Source: Tetramitus jugosus
Taxonomy: Eukaryota > Protista > Heterolobosea
DNA: 64,000 bases
Assembly: GCA_937625935.1 (NCBI GenBank)
Contig: OW569344.1
Span: 62,001 to 126,000, forward strand
Reading direction: 5' to 3'
Of the stretch, positions 44,216-55,119 are shown piece after piece (position 1 is the stretch's first letter; each line of letters begins with the position of its first letter). A program made the translations under genes and the position numbers. Under the pieces are notes generated by a model. That model saw nothing but the letters and a program-made list of their open reading frames with translations, did not search any database and was not told the DNA's origin.

Positions 44216-45271
44216 TTATTCATCGCTCTTCTCTGGAATGACAAACTTTGACCAATAATTGTGCATATCGACAGCGACGAGACAACTATCTCTGACTGGT
44301 GCATCGTGATCGTCTTGGAACTCCTTCAAAATTTCCAATGATCTTGGATCGCAAATCGAACCGAGTGCCTCTGCTGCCTCATGTCTCACCATGGCATGCA
44401 AGGACTTGTCTCTCAACACCTTTTCCAATGCCTCTGCAGTCTCCTTTCTCTGCAATTGACCCAACACGAATGCCACTTCATGCAAGAACAAGGCACCTTC
44501 TTCTTCTCTGAAACCATCGCACAGTGCCATCAAAGCTTCCTTTTGTTGCTCATATGGACCAGTGCACGACTTGTTTCTCAGAGCAAACATGGCCTTGTAT
44601 CTCTTGAACAGACTCACATCCATATTCAAGTAAACCTCTCTTAGCTCAGCAACCGTCTTTTGCTGATACTTGTTGGTTGGTGGCGCAGGGTCCACCGACT
44701 GGAAAATATCTTGATCCGCCGTAGTTGCTTCTTCTGTTGTATCGGCGGTGGCGGAGGCGGAAGAATTTTTTTCCAGTTGTTTCTTGATTCCGTGCTCAAT
44801 ATTTTCAATGGCCAGCTCGCACGTTTCCCGCACTTCTCTTACAGGGTCATTCAAGAATTGTTTCAAGACGGGGAGTGAATCAGGAGAAGCAATCGCACCG
44901 AGTGCTTCACCAGCCTCATGTCTCACCATGGAATCTTCACTCTCATTGCTCAACACTTGATTCAAGATGGGAATAGCATCCGTGTGCTTCAATTGACCCA
45001 TCACATATGCCAACTCGTGCTTTAACAAGACAGATTCAGAGGAGAGACCACTGGAGAGCACCTTGATGGCTTTGAGCTTATCTGGTAGAGCTCTCAAGTA
45101 CCACAACATTCTCATTCGTTGTGCCACAGGGATAGCATCATTGGCCAACAATTGACACAATTGTTCCGTTGAAAAATGACGGAATTCTTCTTCAGTGTAC
45201 TCTTCTTCGCTTCCATGATGATGATCGTCATGGGATGATGGTTGGTCTTGTTGTTGTTGTGTGGTACTCAT
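44216..45271 (-). CDS. DOHH: Deoxyhypusine hydroxylase
   Basis: Four HE motifs in HEAT-like repeats: LLKHELAYVMGQ, MVRHEAGEALGAI, LHEVAFVLGQ, MVRHEAAEALG; SVDPAPP linker. Confidence 0.97.
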   Translation of the reverse strand: MSTTQQQQDQPSSHDDHHHGSEEEYTEEEFRHFSTEQLCQLLANDAIPVAQRMRMLWYLRALPDKLKAIKVLSSGLSSESVLLKHELAYVMGQLKHTDAIPILNQVLSNESEDSMVRHEAGEALGAIASPDSLPVLKQFLNDPVREVRETCELAIENIEHGIKKQLEKNSSASATADTTEEATTADQDIFQSVDPAPPTNKYQQKTVAELREVYLNMDVSLFKRYKAMFALRNKSCTGPYEQQKEALMALCDGFREEEGALFLHEVAFVLGQLQRKETAEALEKVLRDKSLHAMVRHEAAEALGSICDPRSLEILKEFQDDHDAPVRDSCLVAVDMHNYWSKFVIPEKSDE

Positions 45272-45433
45272 AATGTTAAAGTGGTCAATCTGTGTGAGGA
45301 GGAAATGTGTTGTTTGTTGTTTTGTTTGTTGTGGAAGCTTTCGGGTGCACTTTCAGTGTGAATTTTCTGCTGGTTAGTTTTTCCGGGATGGAATAAAATG
45401 GCGGAGAATATCGTCTGGGGTGTGTTTTGGTGG

Positions 45434-45880
45434 TTATGAAGGTTTGGCTTGTTGTTGGAGTTGCAGGTTCAATTGACGAATGATTTCATCCTTTTGTTTC
45501 AATTCTTGTCGCGCTGTGAGAAACAGGCGAGAAATGTTCACTTTGAGTCGATCTGACTCCTGCTTGAGATCTTGAACTTTTTTGCGGAGTCGGTCATTGT
45601 CCCGTTGCAGTTTCTCTCTGTCCAGATCATCGTACAAGATGCTCTCCATGTTGATATCTTGGTCGTTCGCTAATGTAATTGTTGTTGCTGCGACTTGATC
45701 ATCAACATTATTCTTTGGTGTGTTGTTGTTTATTGTCTTGTTGTTGTGAACCATTGTTGTGGATGATGAATGATGATCATCAAACTTTGATGCAACAGCT
45801 GCATCAGCATCATCTCGATTGTGATCACCATAATGTTCACTTTCATCCAATGACCGAGGTCTCTTCAGTTTTCTCTTCAT
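45434..45880 (-). CDS. Small coiled-coil protein with FLASH/CASP8AP2-like motif
   Basis: LYDDL then coiled coil ending LKVNISRLFLTARQELKQKDEII. Confidence 0.6.
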   Translation of the reverse strand: MKRKLKRPRSLDESEHYGDHNRDDADAAVASKFDDHHSSSTTMVHNNKTINNNTPKNNVDDQVAATTITLANDQDINMESILYDDLDREKLQRDNDRLRKKVQDLKQESDRLKVNISRLFLTARQELKQKDEIIRQLNLQLQQQAKPS

Positions 45881-46008
45881 GGTTTTGAACGTGTTTTCTT
45901 TTGTTTGACGTTAAACATGAAAGCAACAATAAATTACCATTGGTTCTTTGTCAAGTCTCACCTGCTGTGTTGTTGTAAAATGGATTGTGATTCACCAATG
46001 TTGGTCTA

Positions 46009-46398
46009 TTAACGCGATTTCTGAGTGGACTCTTGAAGAATACTCTGGTGCAGCTCTACAAAGTACCAATTATCATCCAAAAATTCATCAGTCAACTTGT
46101 TGCTCGAAGATTGAGCACTTCGACTGTTGTTTGGTTGAATCTTGTTCTTGTCACCAAAGTACACATCTCTGGCACTGGCGGGTAGTGCTTCAAACTTGTT
46201 TGAAGATTTCTGAGAGTCCGAATCACCTTCATAGCTCTTCTCGCTCATACTGGGAAGAATGACCATGGAGGCGCTTGCATTGACCTTGCACATGCCATTT
46301 TCGACTAGTAAGGCTAAACTGGCCTTTGTGTCGCCTGTTAGCTTGACAAATTCTGTGCTGCTGTTGCTGTTTCCGATACCTGATTGATCAAAGTTCAT
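46009..46398 (-). CDS. Small hypothetical protein
   Basis: 129-aa ATG ORF filling an intergenic gap; no motif recognised. Confidence 0.45.
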   Translation of the reverse strand: MNFDQSGIGNSNSSTEFVKLTGDTKASLALLVENGMCKVNASASMVILPSMSEKSYEGDSDSQKSSNKFEALPASARDVYFGDKNKIQPNNSRSAQSSSNKLTDEFLDDNWYFVELHQSILQESTQKSR

Positions 46399-46489
46399 TT
46401 TCTAGTTGTTTTTGAATGAAGGAAAAAAGAGCTCAAACGAAAAGTGGTGTGAATAAATACATGACGTTTTTTTGAGAGCTCTTGGATTA

Positions 46490-48682
46490 TCACTCCAGAG
46501 CAGACAAGTCAACAATCTCTGGCACATTATCCTTTTGTGTCGGTGGTTGTGCAGGTGATTGAGCACTAATTGCTGTTAGAGATGCAGTAATCTGAGAGAG
46601 TGGTGATGGTGGATCTTGTGACACGACAAGTACCTCCACTGGGACGCTATTCGCAGCAGGGATTGGTGCTGTGACCAAAGCTGGTGTTGCTTCTGGTCGT
46701 TTAATCTTGCGCCGTCGCATTGCAGGCCTTTCTTTCTCCTTCTCCTTCTCCTTTCCTTCTGACTTCGAACTCTCATTCTTTGAAGAGTCTTCCGAAGCCT
46801 TCTTTTTCTTTGGCTTTGGCTCATCCTTCTTATCCGTCTCGGATTGCTTCTTTGTGGAGGATGTTGATGACTCTGTGCCCTTTCCAGTCTCGTCCTTCTT
46901 GTTGTCCTTCTCTTTCAGAGTCTTGTACTTTTTCATGAGATCTTGAGTCTTGAACAAGTATGCTTTCAACTCTCGGAAGAGACGCAGTAACTCCTCGTTC
47001 GTATCCAATGTGTCCTCTTTCTTGGTCTTCCGTACATCATTTTGTTTTGTGACCCATTCCTCCATGGAATGACACAACTTAAGAAATAGATCGGTCGTGT
47101 TTTTGGACCAAACCAATCGAATAGAATCAACTTCGTTCACCTTTTGTTTCAGCTCTTCGTGGGTCAGTGCGCGATAAGTCTTCTCTGTGTTCTCATCCGA
47201 TTTGTTGGTTCCATCCTTGTCCTTCTTCTTGTTGACCAGAGCTCGAATCATATCTTCTCTCATTGACTCTCCAAAGGACTCCTTCAACTTATCAATCTCT
47301 GTCGTGATAGAAGATGAAGAGAATTGCTGCAATACGAGCTTAAGTCGATCCTTGATTGTCTTGTCTGTGAATTGTAGTCCGTTGATTGCTCTGAGGCGCA
47401 CCAGTAGTTTTTTGGGCACACCACGCTTATAAAACTTTTCTCTCAAGACAGCAATAGACATGAGTTCTTGATCTAATTCGTGCGGTATTGTAGGATGTGT
47501 ACTCTTTTCTAATGTTGCAGATTTCTTGTTGAGATCATCAAGTGCCTTCTCTAGTTCTGGCTCCAGGGTTGTATCATACAGCATGTCATCATCTTCAAAG
47601 GAAGCCTTGGTTCTGACTGGAATAGATGTAATGTCCAATCCGTGATTGTCTTCCTCCTCTTCTTGATCCAAATCAATATCATCCAACGAGACATCTGATC
47701 CATACTCATTATCACCTTCACCAACTTGGTCAGTCAGTTTCGTAACCACATAAAAATCAGATGCCTTCTTGTTCGAGGAGCTCGAAGCACCCACTGCATC
47801 TCCCATCGGTTCATCATCAATATAGTCCATATATTCTGTGTCATCTATAAATGAATCATCTGATTCGTACACATAAAAATCGCCTCTTCGATTACTCTTT
47901 CCCTTCTTATCATCTCCCTTCTCCTTCAATTCGCCAGGTTGTTTCTGAATTAAACTATTCTTGATGGATCGCTCTCGAGAAACAATGTTGTAAATGACAC
48001 CTCCGAGACGAGACTGGCCCCATGGACCAGCACCAGATTCCTCATCAAACAAATCATCCCTATCTCGCTTCTTATTCTTCTTGTTCGCTACATTGTCCTT
48101 TTCCTTTCTCAGTCGCTTTCTCTTTGGTTCTCCACCACTAACACCTCCACTAACACCACCACTCGTACTCTTGCCTTCCTCATCCAACTTTATCTCACCA
48201 TCCGAGTCTTCATCAGCTCCGGACAATCCAGAACTACTGGGCGGAAGTTGAATGTCCAACTGTTGATCATCATCGACCAACACACCATCTTCTTCATCAT
48301 CTTCATCATCACTACTCTCCAACTCAATTTCTCCATTATTATTTGCGTCGTCTTCCTCATCTTCATCGTCATCATTCAGAGATACAGTTCGATTGCGTTT
48401 CTTGTTACTACCACTGGCCTTCTTTTGCTTATTGCTCTGTTTAGTAGTCAATGATGAAGATTTATTCTTCTTCTTGTGGTGATCCTTGACCACTTGTTGC
48501 AGTGTGCTATTCTGCCTTGCCAACAACAACAAGTTATTGAATAGGATTTTGGCTGTAGGACCACTCTTGACTTCAACAGTGAATCGGTATCCCAGGTAGG
48601 AGTCCTCAGCAGGGTTTGGCTGATTGCTCGATGAGGGACCACCACCGAATAAGCTACTGATCGTGCTTGTTACTCCAGACAT
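46490..48682 (-). CDS. Ubinuclein/HPC2-like HIRA complex subunit
   Basis: HUN/HRD motif YESDDSFIDDTE...DFYV; preceding GVIYNI...ER helix; helical middle domain. Confidence 0.8.
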   Translation of the reverse strand: MSGVTSTISSLFGGGPSSSNQPNPAEDSYLGYRFTVEVKSGPTAKILFNNLLLLARQNSTLQQVVKDHHKKKNKSSSLTTKQSNKQKKASGSNKKRNRTVSLNDDDEDEEDDANNNGEIELESSDDEDDEEDGVLVDDDQQLDIQLPPSSSGLSGADEDSDGEIKLDEEGKSTSGGVSGGVSGGEPKRKRLRKEKDNVANKKNKKRDRDDLFDEESGAGPWGQSRLGGVIYNIVSRERSIKNSLIQKQPGELKEKGDDKKGKSNRRGDFYVYESDDSFIDDTEYMDYIDDEPMGDAVGASSSSNKKASDFYVVTKLTDQVGEGDNEYGSDVSLDDIDLDQEEEEDNHGLDITSIPVRTKASFEDDDMLYDTTLEPELEKALDDLNKKSATLEKSTHPTIPHELDQELMSIAVLREKFYKRGVPKKLLVRLRAINGLQFTDKTIKDRLKLVLQQFSSSSITTEIDKLKESFGESMREDMIRALVNKKKDKDGTNKSDENTEKTYRALTHEELKQKVNEVDSIRLVWSKNTTDLFLKLCHSMEEWVTKQNDVRKTKKEDTLDTNEELLRLFRELKAYLFKTQDLMKKYKTLKEKDNKKDETGKGTESSTSSTKKQSETDKKDEPKPKKKKASEDSSKNESSKSEGKEKEKEKERPAMRRRKIKRPEATPALVTAPIPAANSVPVEVLVVSQDPPSPLSQITASLTAISAQSPAQPPTQKDNVPEIVDLSALE

Positions 48683-48747
48683 TTTTTTTCTCTCTCAGCC
48701 GCGCAACAATGAATCAAAGCTCCCGATTTTAGAGGAACTTGATATTT

Positions 48748-48755
48748 TTTGGCGC
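48748..48755. promoter_or_regulatory. E2F-like element TTTGGCGC in the bidirectional ubinuclein/CENP-C promoter
   Basis: Exact match to the TTTSSCGC consensus between divergent starts 48682 and 48875. Confidence 0.45.
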
Positions 48756-48874
48756 GAACCACGAAAACCAACTGCCACCGTCCCTTTGCCGCCAACAACC
48801 AATATCTGCAAAAAGGAGAAACAAGAAAAACTTCAAAAAACACCGAAAAGCGCACAGAACATTCCTCAGAGATC

Positions 48875-51463
48875 ATGTCGTCAACAGGTGAGAACAATAA
48901 TAACGATACGATAGAGCCGCAACCGGTTCATGATGATGATGAGTCATTTGGTGATGATGTCAATGAGTTTCTCTTACCCGATGACCACAACAAGCAAAAC
49001 AACAATGACAACAATAATAGTCGAATAGAAACTATCAATCCAACGACCTCAACCACAATTGACAATAGTTCCAACCATGATCACATTCCCAATCCAACCA
49101 CAACAACCATTGATATGACTGCTGCTGCTGCTGCTGCTCCTGTTGAGAATCATCCTCAATCCGAAACGAGCAATGATCATCATCCAACTACAACCATGAA
49201 CAATAATGATCATACCGAGGTGTTTGTGGATCCGAATCAAGTCATGAGTGAACAGAGGATGATGCATGGTCCTGCTGGTGGTAGAAGAGAGCTTGTGAAT
49301 CGAAGGCCTGGAACAGGTAGAGAAACACAGAGAAGAGTCGGTGCATCACATGACAACACAAGACAAGCACCATCTGTACCACCACCACCACCATCATCGT
49401 CATTAGCATCCACCAGTGGTGCACTACCATTTGCACAGGGCAGAAGAACAGGTCAAACATTTAGAATTGACACGTTGAATCAATCATCTTCAGATGGCAG
49501 TGACAATGAAGAAGCAAGAAATTTGCCTGGTCAGTTCTATGATGCCAACAAGGATGTCGGATACTTGAATCACCAGAATGATCATTTGTTGAGCAGAAGA
49601 ATGTCATTGTTGGACAGAAGTGATTTAACTGATTTAACAGTCATGTCATCGAGTAACATGTCCATTTTGCCCGGTTATGAATCTGGTAGTAGCATGACAG
49701 GGTCGGCATCAGAGTACGACGAGAGTCCCACGCCAATCCTGAGCGACAATGCCAATCAGAGCTCCGCTTCTTCTGCTTCCTCTAGAAAGAGTAGTGCTGG
49801 GAGACGAACAGCAGATGGATTTGCAATACCATATGAACCGCGATATCCCAGCTCGAACGAAGAGAGTGACAGTGGTGGCGGTAGTAGTAGCAGCGGTAGA
49901 GATCGAACCAATCGTAGTGTTGTGAGCATGGACATGGTCACTGATTCTGATAAGAGTGGAACATACAAGACAAGACCGAGTGCCAATCTCTCCCTGTTGA
50001 ACAATACACCAAAAGCAACTGGAAAGCTGAGACAGAGCACTATTCCTCGCATGTTTGATGTGTCACCCGTGAGCAAATCAGGTACAAACAGGAGTGATAT
50101 TCGACTGGATGATTCATGGACACATCATGGTGGTCAACTACTGCCAGGAACACCGGATCCCAGAAAGAGGCCACTCTCGGATATTGCTTTCTCATCAGAC
50201 TCTGATCAAGCCACAAAACGTCCAAAAACAGTTCCTTCTGCTGTCAGTGACAAGAACAGACAGAGACCACCTAGAGGCGAGAGAGTCATTCAAGCGTATG
50301 ATACTGATGAACAAGCCTCTCCGATTGCATCTTCCAAGCAGCCCTATAGCGATGATTCAGATATGGCACATAATGATGTGGGATTTGGAGATGATACTGA
50401 ACTCGAGCATGGAACAAGTGAAAGTGAACCAGATCATGGTCGCTACAAACGAAGACATCCAAAAACAAGGGTCGAATCACCATCATACGCATCAGAATCA
50501 GAGGAACAAGTGTTTTATTCAGGAGCAAGTGCCAACGAGGATGAGAGTCGCTATAATGTAGATGACACTCACAGTCAATCTACGATAGCATCACAGAACA
50601 AGGCGTATGACAAAGACGCAAAATATCAGATAGAGACATCAGAGGATGAAGAAGACGGTAACGAATCTCTTGTCTCCTATGACTCAGAAGATGAAGTCAA
50701 CAGAGAACGTGCCAGTGTTAAAGTTGGTAAGTTTTTGCTTCGATCCAGGAGAGTTCGAACTAAACCAGTCAAATTCTGGATGAACGAGCGACCAAACTTT
50801 ACAGTTGATTTCGATATTGAACAGAGACCCATTTTCCAAAAGACAAGAGGGGTGGATGACAGAGATGTACTCGATGATTCAACAGCTGAGCGGCCCAAGA
50901 AAGGAGCTGGTGGAAAAGCAAAGCTCACACGGTTAGAGCAGCTTGTGGTTGAAAAAGGAGGTTATTTCCCAGTGAAAGACCCATCCGATCCTTCATCCAC
51001 CATCAGGCACGAGATTGCGAGAACAAAGGACATGAATCCTCAAAAGACACTCAAATTCAATGTAGAAGCAAACCAAAATGTAACGACACAATCGGATGAA
51101 CCTGACTTGACCATTCAATTCGGTTTGGCCAATAGTGTCTACCGTGTGGGCAAGTTTACCATCCATCCAGGCAGTACCAAGCCATCTAGCAGCTCCAAAG
51201 TGTATTATGAGACGTTTTACATTGTCAGCGGAATCGTTTCTATCGTTATCAACAACTCAGAGTTTCATTTGTCAACTGGTGGTCACCTCATGGTTCCTCC
51301 CATGAATGATTACAGCATAGTGAACCGATCCAGTGTGAAGAGTGCCGAGGTATTCTTTGTTGTTGGTCAGGCACCTGATCTTACCACAAATCAATCACAG
51401 CTCTCGCAAATAGAGGTCAATCAGTCAACAGCCGGAAGTCCTCCATTGGAGAGTGACCAGTAG
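48875..51463 (+). CDS. CENPC: Centromere protein C (Mif2/CENP-C)
   Basis: CENP-C motif RSRRVRTKPVKFWMNERP and C-terminal cupin (GKFTIHPGSTK..FYIVSG.VSIVIN...LSTGGHLMVPPMNDYSIVN...AEVFF). Confidence 0.92.
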   Translation: MSSTGENNNNDTIEPQPVHDDDESFGDDVNEFLLPDDHNKQNNNDNNNSRIETINPTTSTTIDNSSNHDHIPNPTTTTIDMTAAAAAAPVENHPQSETSNDHHPTTTMNNNDHTEVFVDPNQVMSEQRMMHGPAGGRRELVNRRPGTGRETQRRVGASHDNTRQAPSVPPPPPSSSLASTSGALPFAQGRRTGQTFRIDTLNQSSSDGSDNEEARNLPGQFYDANKDVGYLNHQNDHLLSRRMSLLDRSDLTDLTVMSSSNMSILPGYESGSSMTGSASEYDESPTPILSDNANQSSASSASSRKSSAGRRTADGFAIPYEPRYPSSNEESDSGGGSSSSGRDRTNRSVVSMDMVTDSDKSGTYKTRPSANLSLLNNTPKATGKLRQSTIPRMFDVSPVSKSGTNRSDIRLDDSWTHHGGQLLPGTPDPRKRPLSDIAFSSDSDQATKRPKTVPSAVSDKNRQRPPRGERVIQAYDTDEQASPIASSKQPYSDDSDMAHNDVGFGDDTELEHGTSESEPDHGRYKRRHPKTRVESPSYASESEEQVFYSGASANEDESRYNVDDTHSQSTIASQNKAYDKDAKYQIETSEDEEDGNESLVSYDSEDEVNRERASVKVGKFLLRSRRVRTKPVKFWMNERPNFTVDFDIEQRPIFQKTRGVDDRDVLDDSTAERPKKGAGGKAKLTRLEQLVVEKGGYFPVKDPSDPSSTIRHEIARTKDMNPQKTLKFNVEANQNVTTQSDEPDLTIQFGLANSVYRVGKFTIHPGSTKPSSSSKVYYETFYIVSGIVSIVINNSEFHLSTGGHLMVPPMNDYSIVNRSSVKSAEVFFVVGQAPDLTTNQSQLSQIEVNQSTAGSPPLESDQ

Positions 51464-51908
51464 AAATTAAATATTTATTACTTGTACCGAAATTAATTCA
51501 TTTACAATTGCATAACTAGGTTGCAAACACTATCATTGAAAAGAAGAATGAGCTTCCAAGACCAAAGCAACATTTTGTTACTCAAATCTCTTGCGGATTC
51601 AATCGTTAAAACAGAATTATAGCTCGCATGTTGGGATTGCCAGAAACTGCTCTGGGATCCACACCAATCTGTCTGGTTTTTCCATGTACCTGCAAGGAAC
51701 GATGGCAATACATTTTCGTTGATCAAAAAATGATCGAAGTTGTAGAATGAAAGAGCGAATACAAGATAAAAATACAACCGCACCCTAAATATACTGCAGG
51801 ATTCTCTGCGAGTTAAAAGTCAAAGACATGGGTTTTTTGAATTGAAACAAGAAGAATAAGAAGAAACAACAGAAACAATCATCAACAACCAAAGGATCGA
51901 AAGCAACC

Positions 51909-52169
51909 ATGGTAGAAAAAGTGAACAAAACATCGGATGACAAGTCGAAGAAGGAGGACTTGTCACTCAAAGAATCAATGTCTTACAGGTACACAGCAAT
52001 GTCTGAAGCTGTCAAAGATGCAGATTTCTCATCTAAGGATACCTGGGGAGACACAGCAAAGAAAACAGTGGAGACAGTACGAGTTCTTGGAAAGGACATG
52101 ACTGGCAATGTCAAGGACATCAAGGAAGACGTGGATCGCTCCGATAGAACACGCTCTGGAAATCTCTAA
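51909..52169 (+). CDS. Small hydrophilic (LEA-like) protein
   Basis: 86-aa K/D/T-rich ATG ORF after a CAA-rich leader, followed by AATAAA. Confidence 0.55.
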   Translation: MVEKVNKTSDDKSKKEDLSLKESMSYRYTAMSEAVKDADFSSKDTWGDTAKKTVETVRVLGKDMTGNVKDIKEDVDRSDRTRSGNL

Positions 52170-52370
52170 ACTTCAAAGGAACTCACGTATTCAATAAACA
52201 AAGGTTTGGTCATCTGTAAAGTTATTGTAAATTTTGCATCAGATCGCAATGAGGCTATGAATTTTGTTGTAAAGTGTGTAATAATAACCTGGGATCCATC
52301 AAACTCCTTTCACAGATACAATATCATCACAAACCAGAAAACCAGTAACTACCCTCAAACAAACTAAACT

Positions 52371-52778
52371 ATGCAACCCGGTTACCCATCACTGAAAGAT
52401 AGTATTATCAGAGACGCTGAACACAAACTCTTGGGTTCACATTACGGTTATCCCACACCTCAACCCGGATACTACTCCAACACTACCGGAAGCTTCACTC
52501 AGGGAATGATCGATCAAGTCCTTCCCGGTAGGTATCCTTACGAGCCTGTTATGAACCGAATTGCAGGACAGGTCATCAATCCTCATCAGTATCAAGCTCG
52601 TCCATATCCTTATCAACCTCAGTACCAACCGCAGTACCAATCTCAGTACCAACCTCAGTATCAACCTCAGTATCGTCCTCCCATGGGATATCCTCCGATG
52701 GCCTATCCATCGATGCCGCCCCAAAACTATCCTCCACCTTATCAACAATATAATGCTCCACCTTATGGATACTATTGA
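52371..52778 (+). CDS. Y/P/Q-rich small protein, tandem paralog 1
   Basis: Shares PSL..I..D.E...LG, QVLPG.YP.EP..NRIA.Q.I.P with 52971-53363; (QPQY)n repeat. Confidence 0.8.
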   Translation: MQPGYPSLKDSIIRDAEHKLLGSHYGYPTPQPGYYSNTTGSFTQGMIDQVLPGRYPYEPVMNRIAGQVINPHQYQARPYPYQPQYQPQYQSQYQPQYQPQYRPPMGYPPMAYPSMPPQNYPPPYQQYNAPPYGYY

Positions 52779-52970
52779 GAGTAGTCCAAGAATTCTTGAA
52801 GCTCCAAGGAATTGTAAAATAAAATCATTGTTCGATTTCATGTCAAGTTATTGTAAATTCTCCTCGAATCCAGTTGTAATAATATCTGAACCTATCAACT
52901 CCTCTCTCAGACAATCAAAAGAAATCTGAGAACGACCGATCTGATCTGAAACGAAAACACCAAAGAACAA

Positions 52971-53363
52971 ATGCAACAAGGCGACCCTCCATCATTGACA
53001 AACACTATTGTCACAGACCTCGAGTATAGAGCATTGGGAGACATTTTCGGCTTCCCTCAATCTCAACAACAAGGTTGCTACTCTGGTGGAAGCTACAATC
53101 AATACTTGGTTGGCCAAGTACTTCCTGGCATGTATCCGAATGAGCCCATTGCGAACCGAATTGCTGACCAGATAATCCTACCCCAGAACCAAGGTTACTC
53201 AAACCCAAATTCCCAGTATCAATCTCAGTACCAAGTCCAGTACCAGTCTCAGTATCAAACTCCCATGAACTATCCTCAGAATTATCCTCCATCCTATCAA
53301 CAACAAAGCGGCACTCCATATGGCCCTCAATTTGGAGGAGATTTCTACTTGAACTTTTATTGA
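52971..53363 (+). CDS. Y/P/Q-rich small protein, tandem paralog 2
   Basis: Homologous to 52371-52778; (QSQY)n repeat. Confidence 0.8.
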   Translation: MQQGDPPSLTNTIVTDLEYRALGDIFGFPQSQQQGCYSGGSYNQYLVGQVLPGMYPNEPIANRIADQIILPQNQGYSNPNSQYQSQYQVQYQSQYQTPMNYPQNYPPSYQQQSGTPYGPQFGGDFYLNFY

Positions 53364-53622
53364 TTGACAAAATAAATACAATCATCTGTACAGCAACCAG
53401 TTCTCCGACTCTCTCACTTGAACTCTCAAAATCGGGTTCGCTTCAAAGAGCGAGCGGAACCATATTTCTTTTTCCGCAGCGACGAGCTCAAATCCCTCTC
53501 CGCAAGAATCGTTTGTTTTTTGGGCGACCAATTTTCTTTTATATCCCTTGCAACACCACAGCCGCAACATTGTGAAAAACACTATCGCAACAAAGCCATA
53601 ACAAACAACAACAAAAGTAGCG

Positions 53623-55119
53623 ATGGAGTTTGCAAGATTTGGGTACAATTGTTTTTCACCGTTACTCAAGCACGGTTTGTCCAAAACTACCCTTCCTGGT
53701 GTTACACATGTGATCAACAAGAGAGAAAACAACAACAATAATAATAATACGTCGACTACTGGTAGTAGTAGTAATAGCAATAATAGCAACAATAACAGTT
53801 CCGAATCTTCACAATCATCATCTTCACCCAATCACAAAAAAGCTTATACTACTCAACAACAACATTTCTACTCTAAGAATCATCACAAGAGTCACCACCA
53901 TCACCATCAGCATCATCATTCCACATCATCATCATCATCATCAACAAAGAAGCAACACTCTACGAGTGTTGTTGATCAGAATAGTTTTTACGATGTGCTT
54001 GGTGTCAAGAAAAATTCAAGCGACAATGAAATTCGTGTCGCTTACAAAAAGCTCTGTCTAGAATTTCATCCTGATCATAATCCAAACGGCAGAGAACAGT
54101 TTGAGAATATTCATGAGGCATATCAGGTGTTGCGTGATCCAAAAACAAGACAACAGTACGACTCTGAACAAACACAAAAAAAGTATTTTGCGTATTTTTC
54201 ACATGCTACTGCATCATCGACGAGTAGCGGCAAGAGAGCTTCAGAGGTGGTGGAAACACCTATTTGCAAGATGAATATTGTGGAGGATATGCATCAAGAT
54301 GTGAAATTTAATGTTGCTTGTTCATTGGAGGATCTATTTGGAGGTAAATCAGTCAAGTTTAAGGTGATGAGAAAATTGGTGTGTGATGCTTGTTGTGGTG
54401 GTGCTCAGAGTGCTGCTTCTCATGAGCAAAAAAACAATGCTCAGAAAAATGATTCCGCACAGGGTGGAACAGCTGCGCCAAGCTGCTGTAGTGTGTGCGG
54501 CGGGAAAATTTTGTATCCAAGCCGAAAAACATTTACGGTGAACATTCAACCAGGCATGCACAGTGGTCAGAGTATTGTGTTCATGGGAAAGGGAAATGAA
54601 AGCTATTGTCAATACACTTCAAACCGTATCAATAAGACACGGGGAAATGTTGTGTTTACACTGGATCAAATTCCTCATGATGTTTTCACGAGGAGTGGTG
54701 ATAACTTGTTTGTGAAGCACTCGCTCACACTGACAGAGGCACTCACTGGTGTTTATTCCTTCTATTTGTCTCACTTGGACGGCAGAAAGTTGCACGTGAC
54801 ATCTGACGACAGAGACAACATGGTAAAGAATGGAGATGTTCAATGCTTGTTGAATGAAGGAATGCCAAACCTTCGCACACCAGAGCAAAAGGGAAACTTG
54901 TACATCAAGTTCCAAGTAACAGAGCAATCCATGCTCGATCAGGTGAGTGAGAAGGAGCTGAAGAGAATGATCCGTAACATGAAACGAACGCTGCCCAAGC
55001 GATTCATGTCTCCTTCAACGAGCACAACACCACTCGATTCACCATCATCATTGCTTGCTCAACCATCTAGGGTGCACTGGGACGAAGCAAGACAACTGTT
55101 GCCTGAATCCTTTAGGTAA
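53623..55119 (+). CDS. DnaJ/Hsp40 (class A-like) chaperone
   Basis: J domain FYDVLGV..FHPDHNP..EAYQVL; two CxxCxG units; C-terminal LTLTEALTG, EGMP..KGNLYIKF. Confidence 0.93.
   Translation: MEFARFGYNCFSPLLKHGLSKTTLPGVTHVINKRENNNNNNNTSTTGSSSNSNNSNNNSSESSQSSSSPNHKKAYTTQQQHFYSKNHHKSHHHHHQHHHSTSSSSSSTKKQHSTSVVDQNSFYDVLGVKKNSSDNEIRVAYKKLCLEFHPDHNPNGREQFENIHEAYQVLRDPKTRQQYDSEQTQKKYFAYFSHATASSTSSGKRASEVVETPICKMNIVEDMHQDVKFNVACSLEDLFGGKSVKFKVMRKLVCDACCGGAQSAASHEQKNNAQKNDSAQGGTAAPSCCSVCGGKILYPSRKTFTVNIQPGMHSGQSIVFMGKGNESYCQYTSNRINKTRGNVVFTLDQIPHDVFTRSGDNLFVKHSLTLTEALTGVYSFYLSHLDGRKLHVTSDDRDNMVKNGDVQCLLNEGMPNLRTPEQKGNLYIKFQVTEQSMLDQVSEKELKRMIRNMKRTLPKRFMSPSTSTTPLDSPSSLLAQPSRVHWDEARQLLPESFR

Noticed and set aside
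52437-52841. Antisense ORFs with (LILR)n or (STNL)n repeats
   Set aside because: Shadow frames of the QPQY-coding 12-nt repeat.
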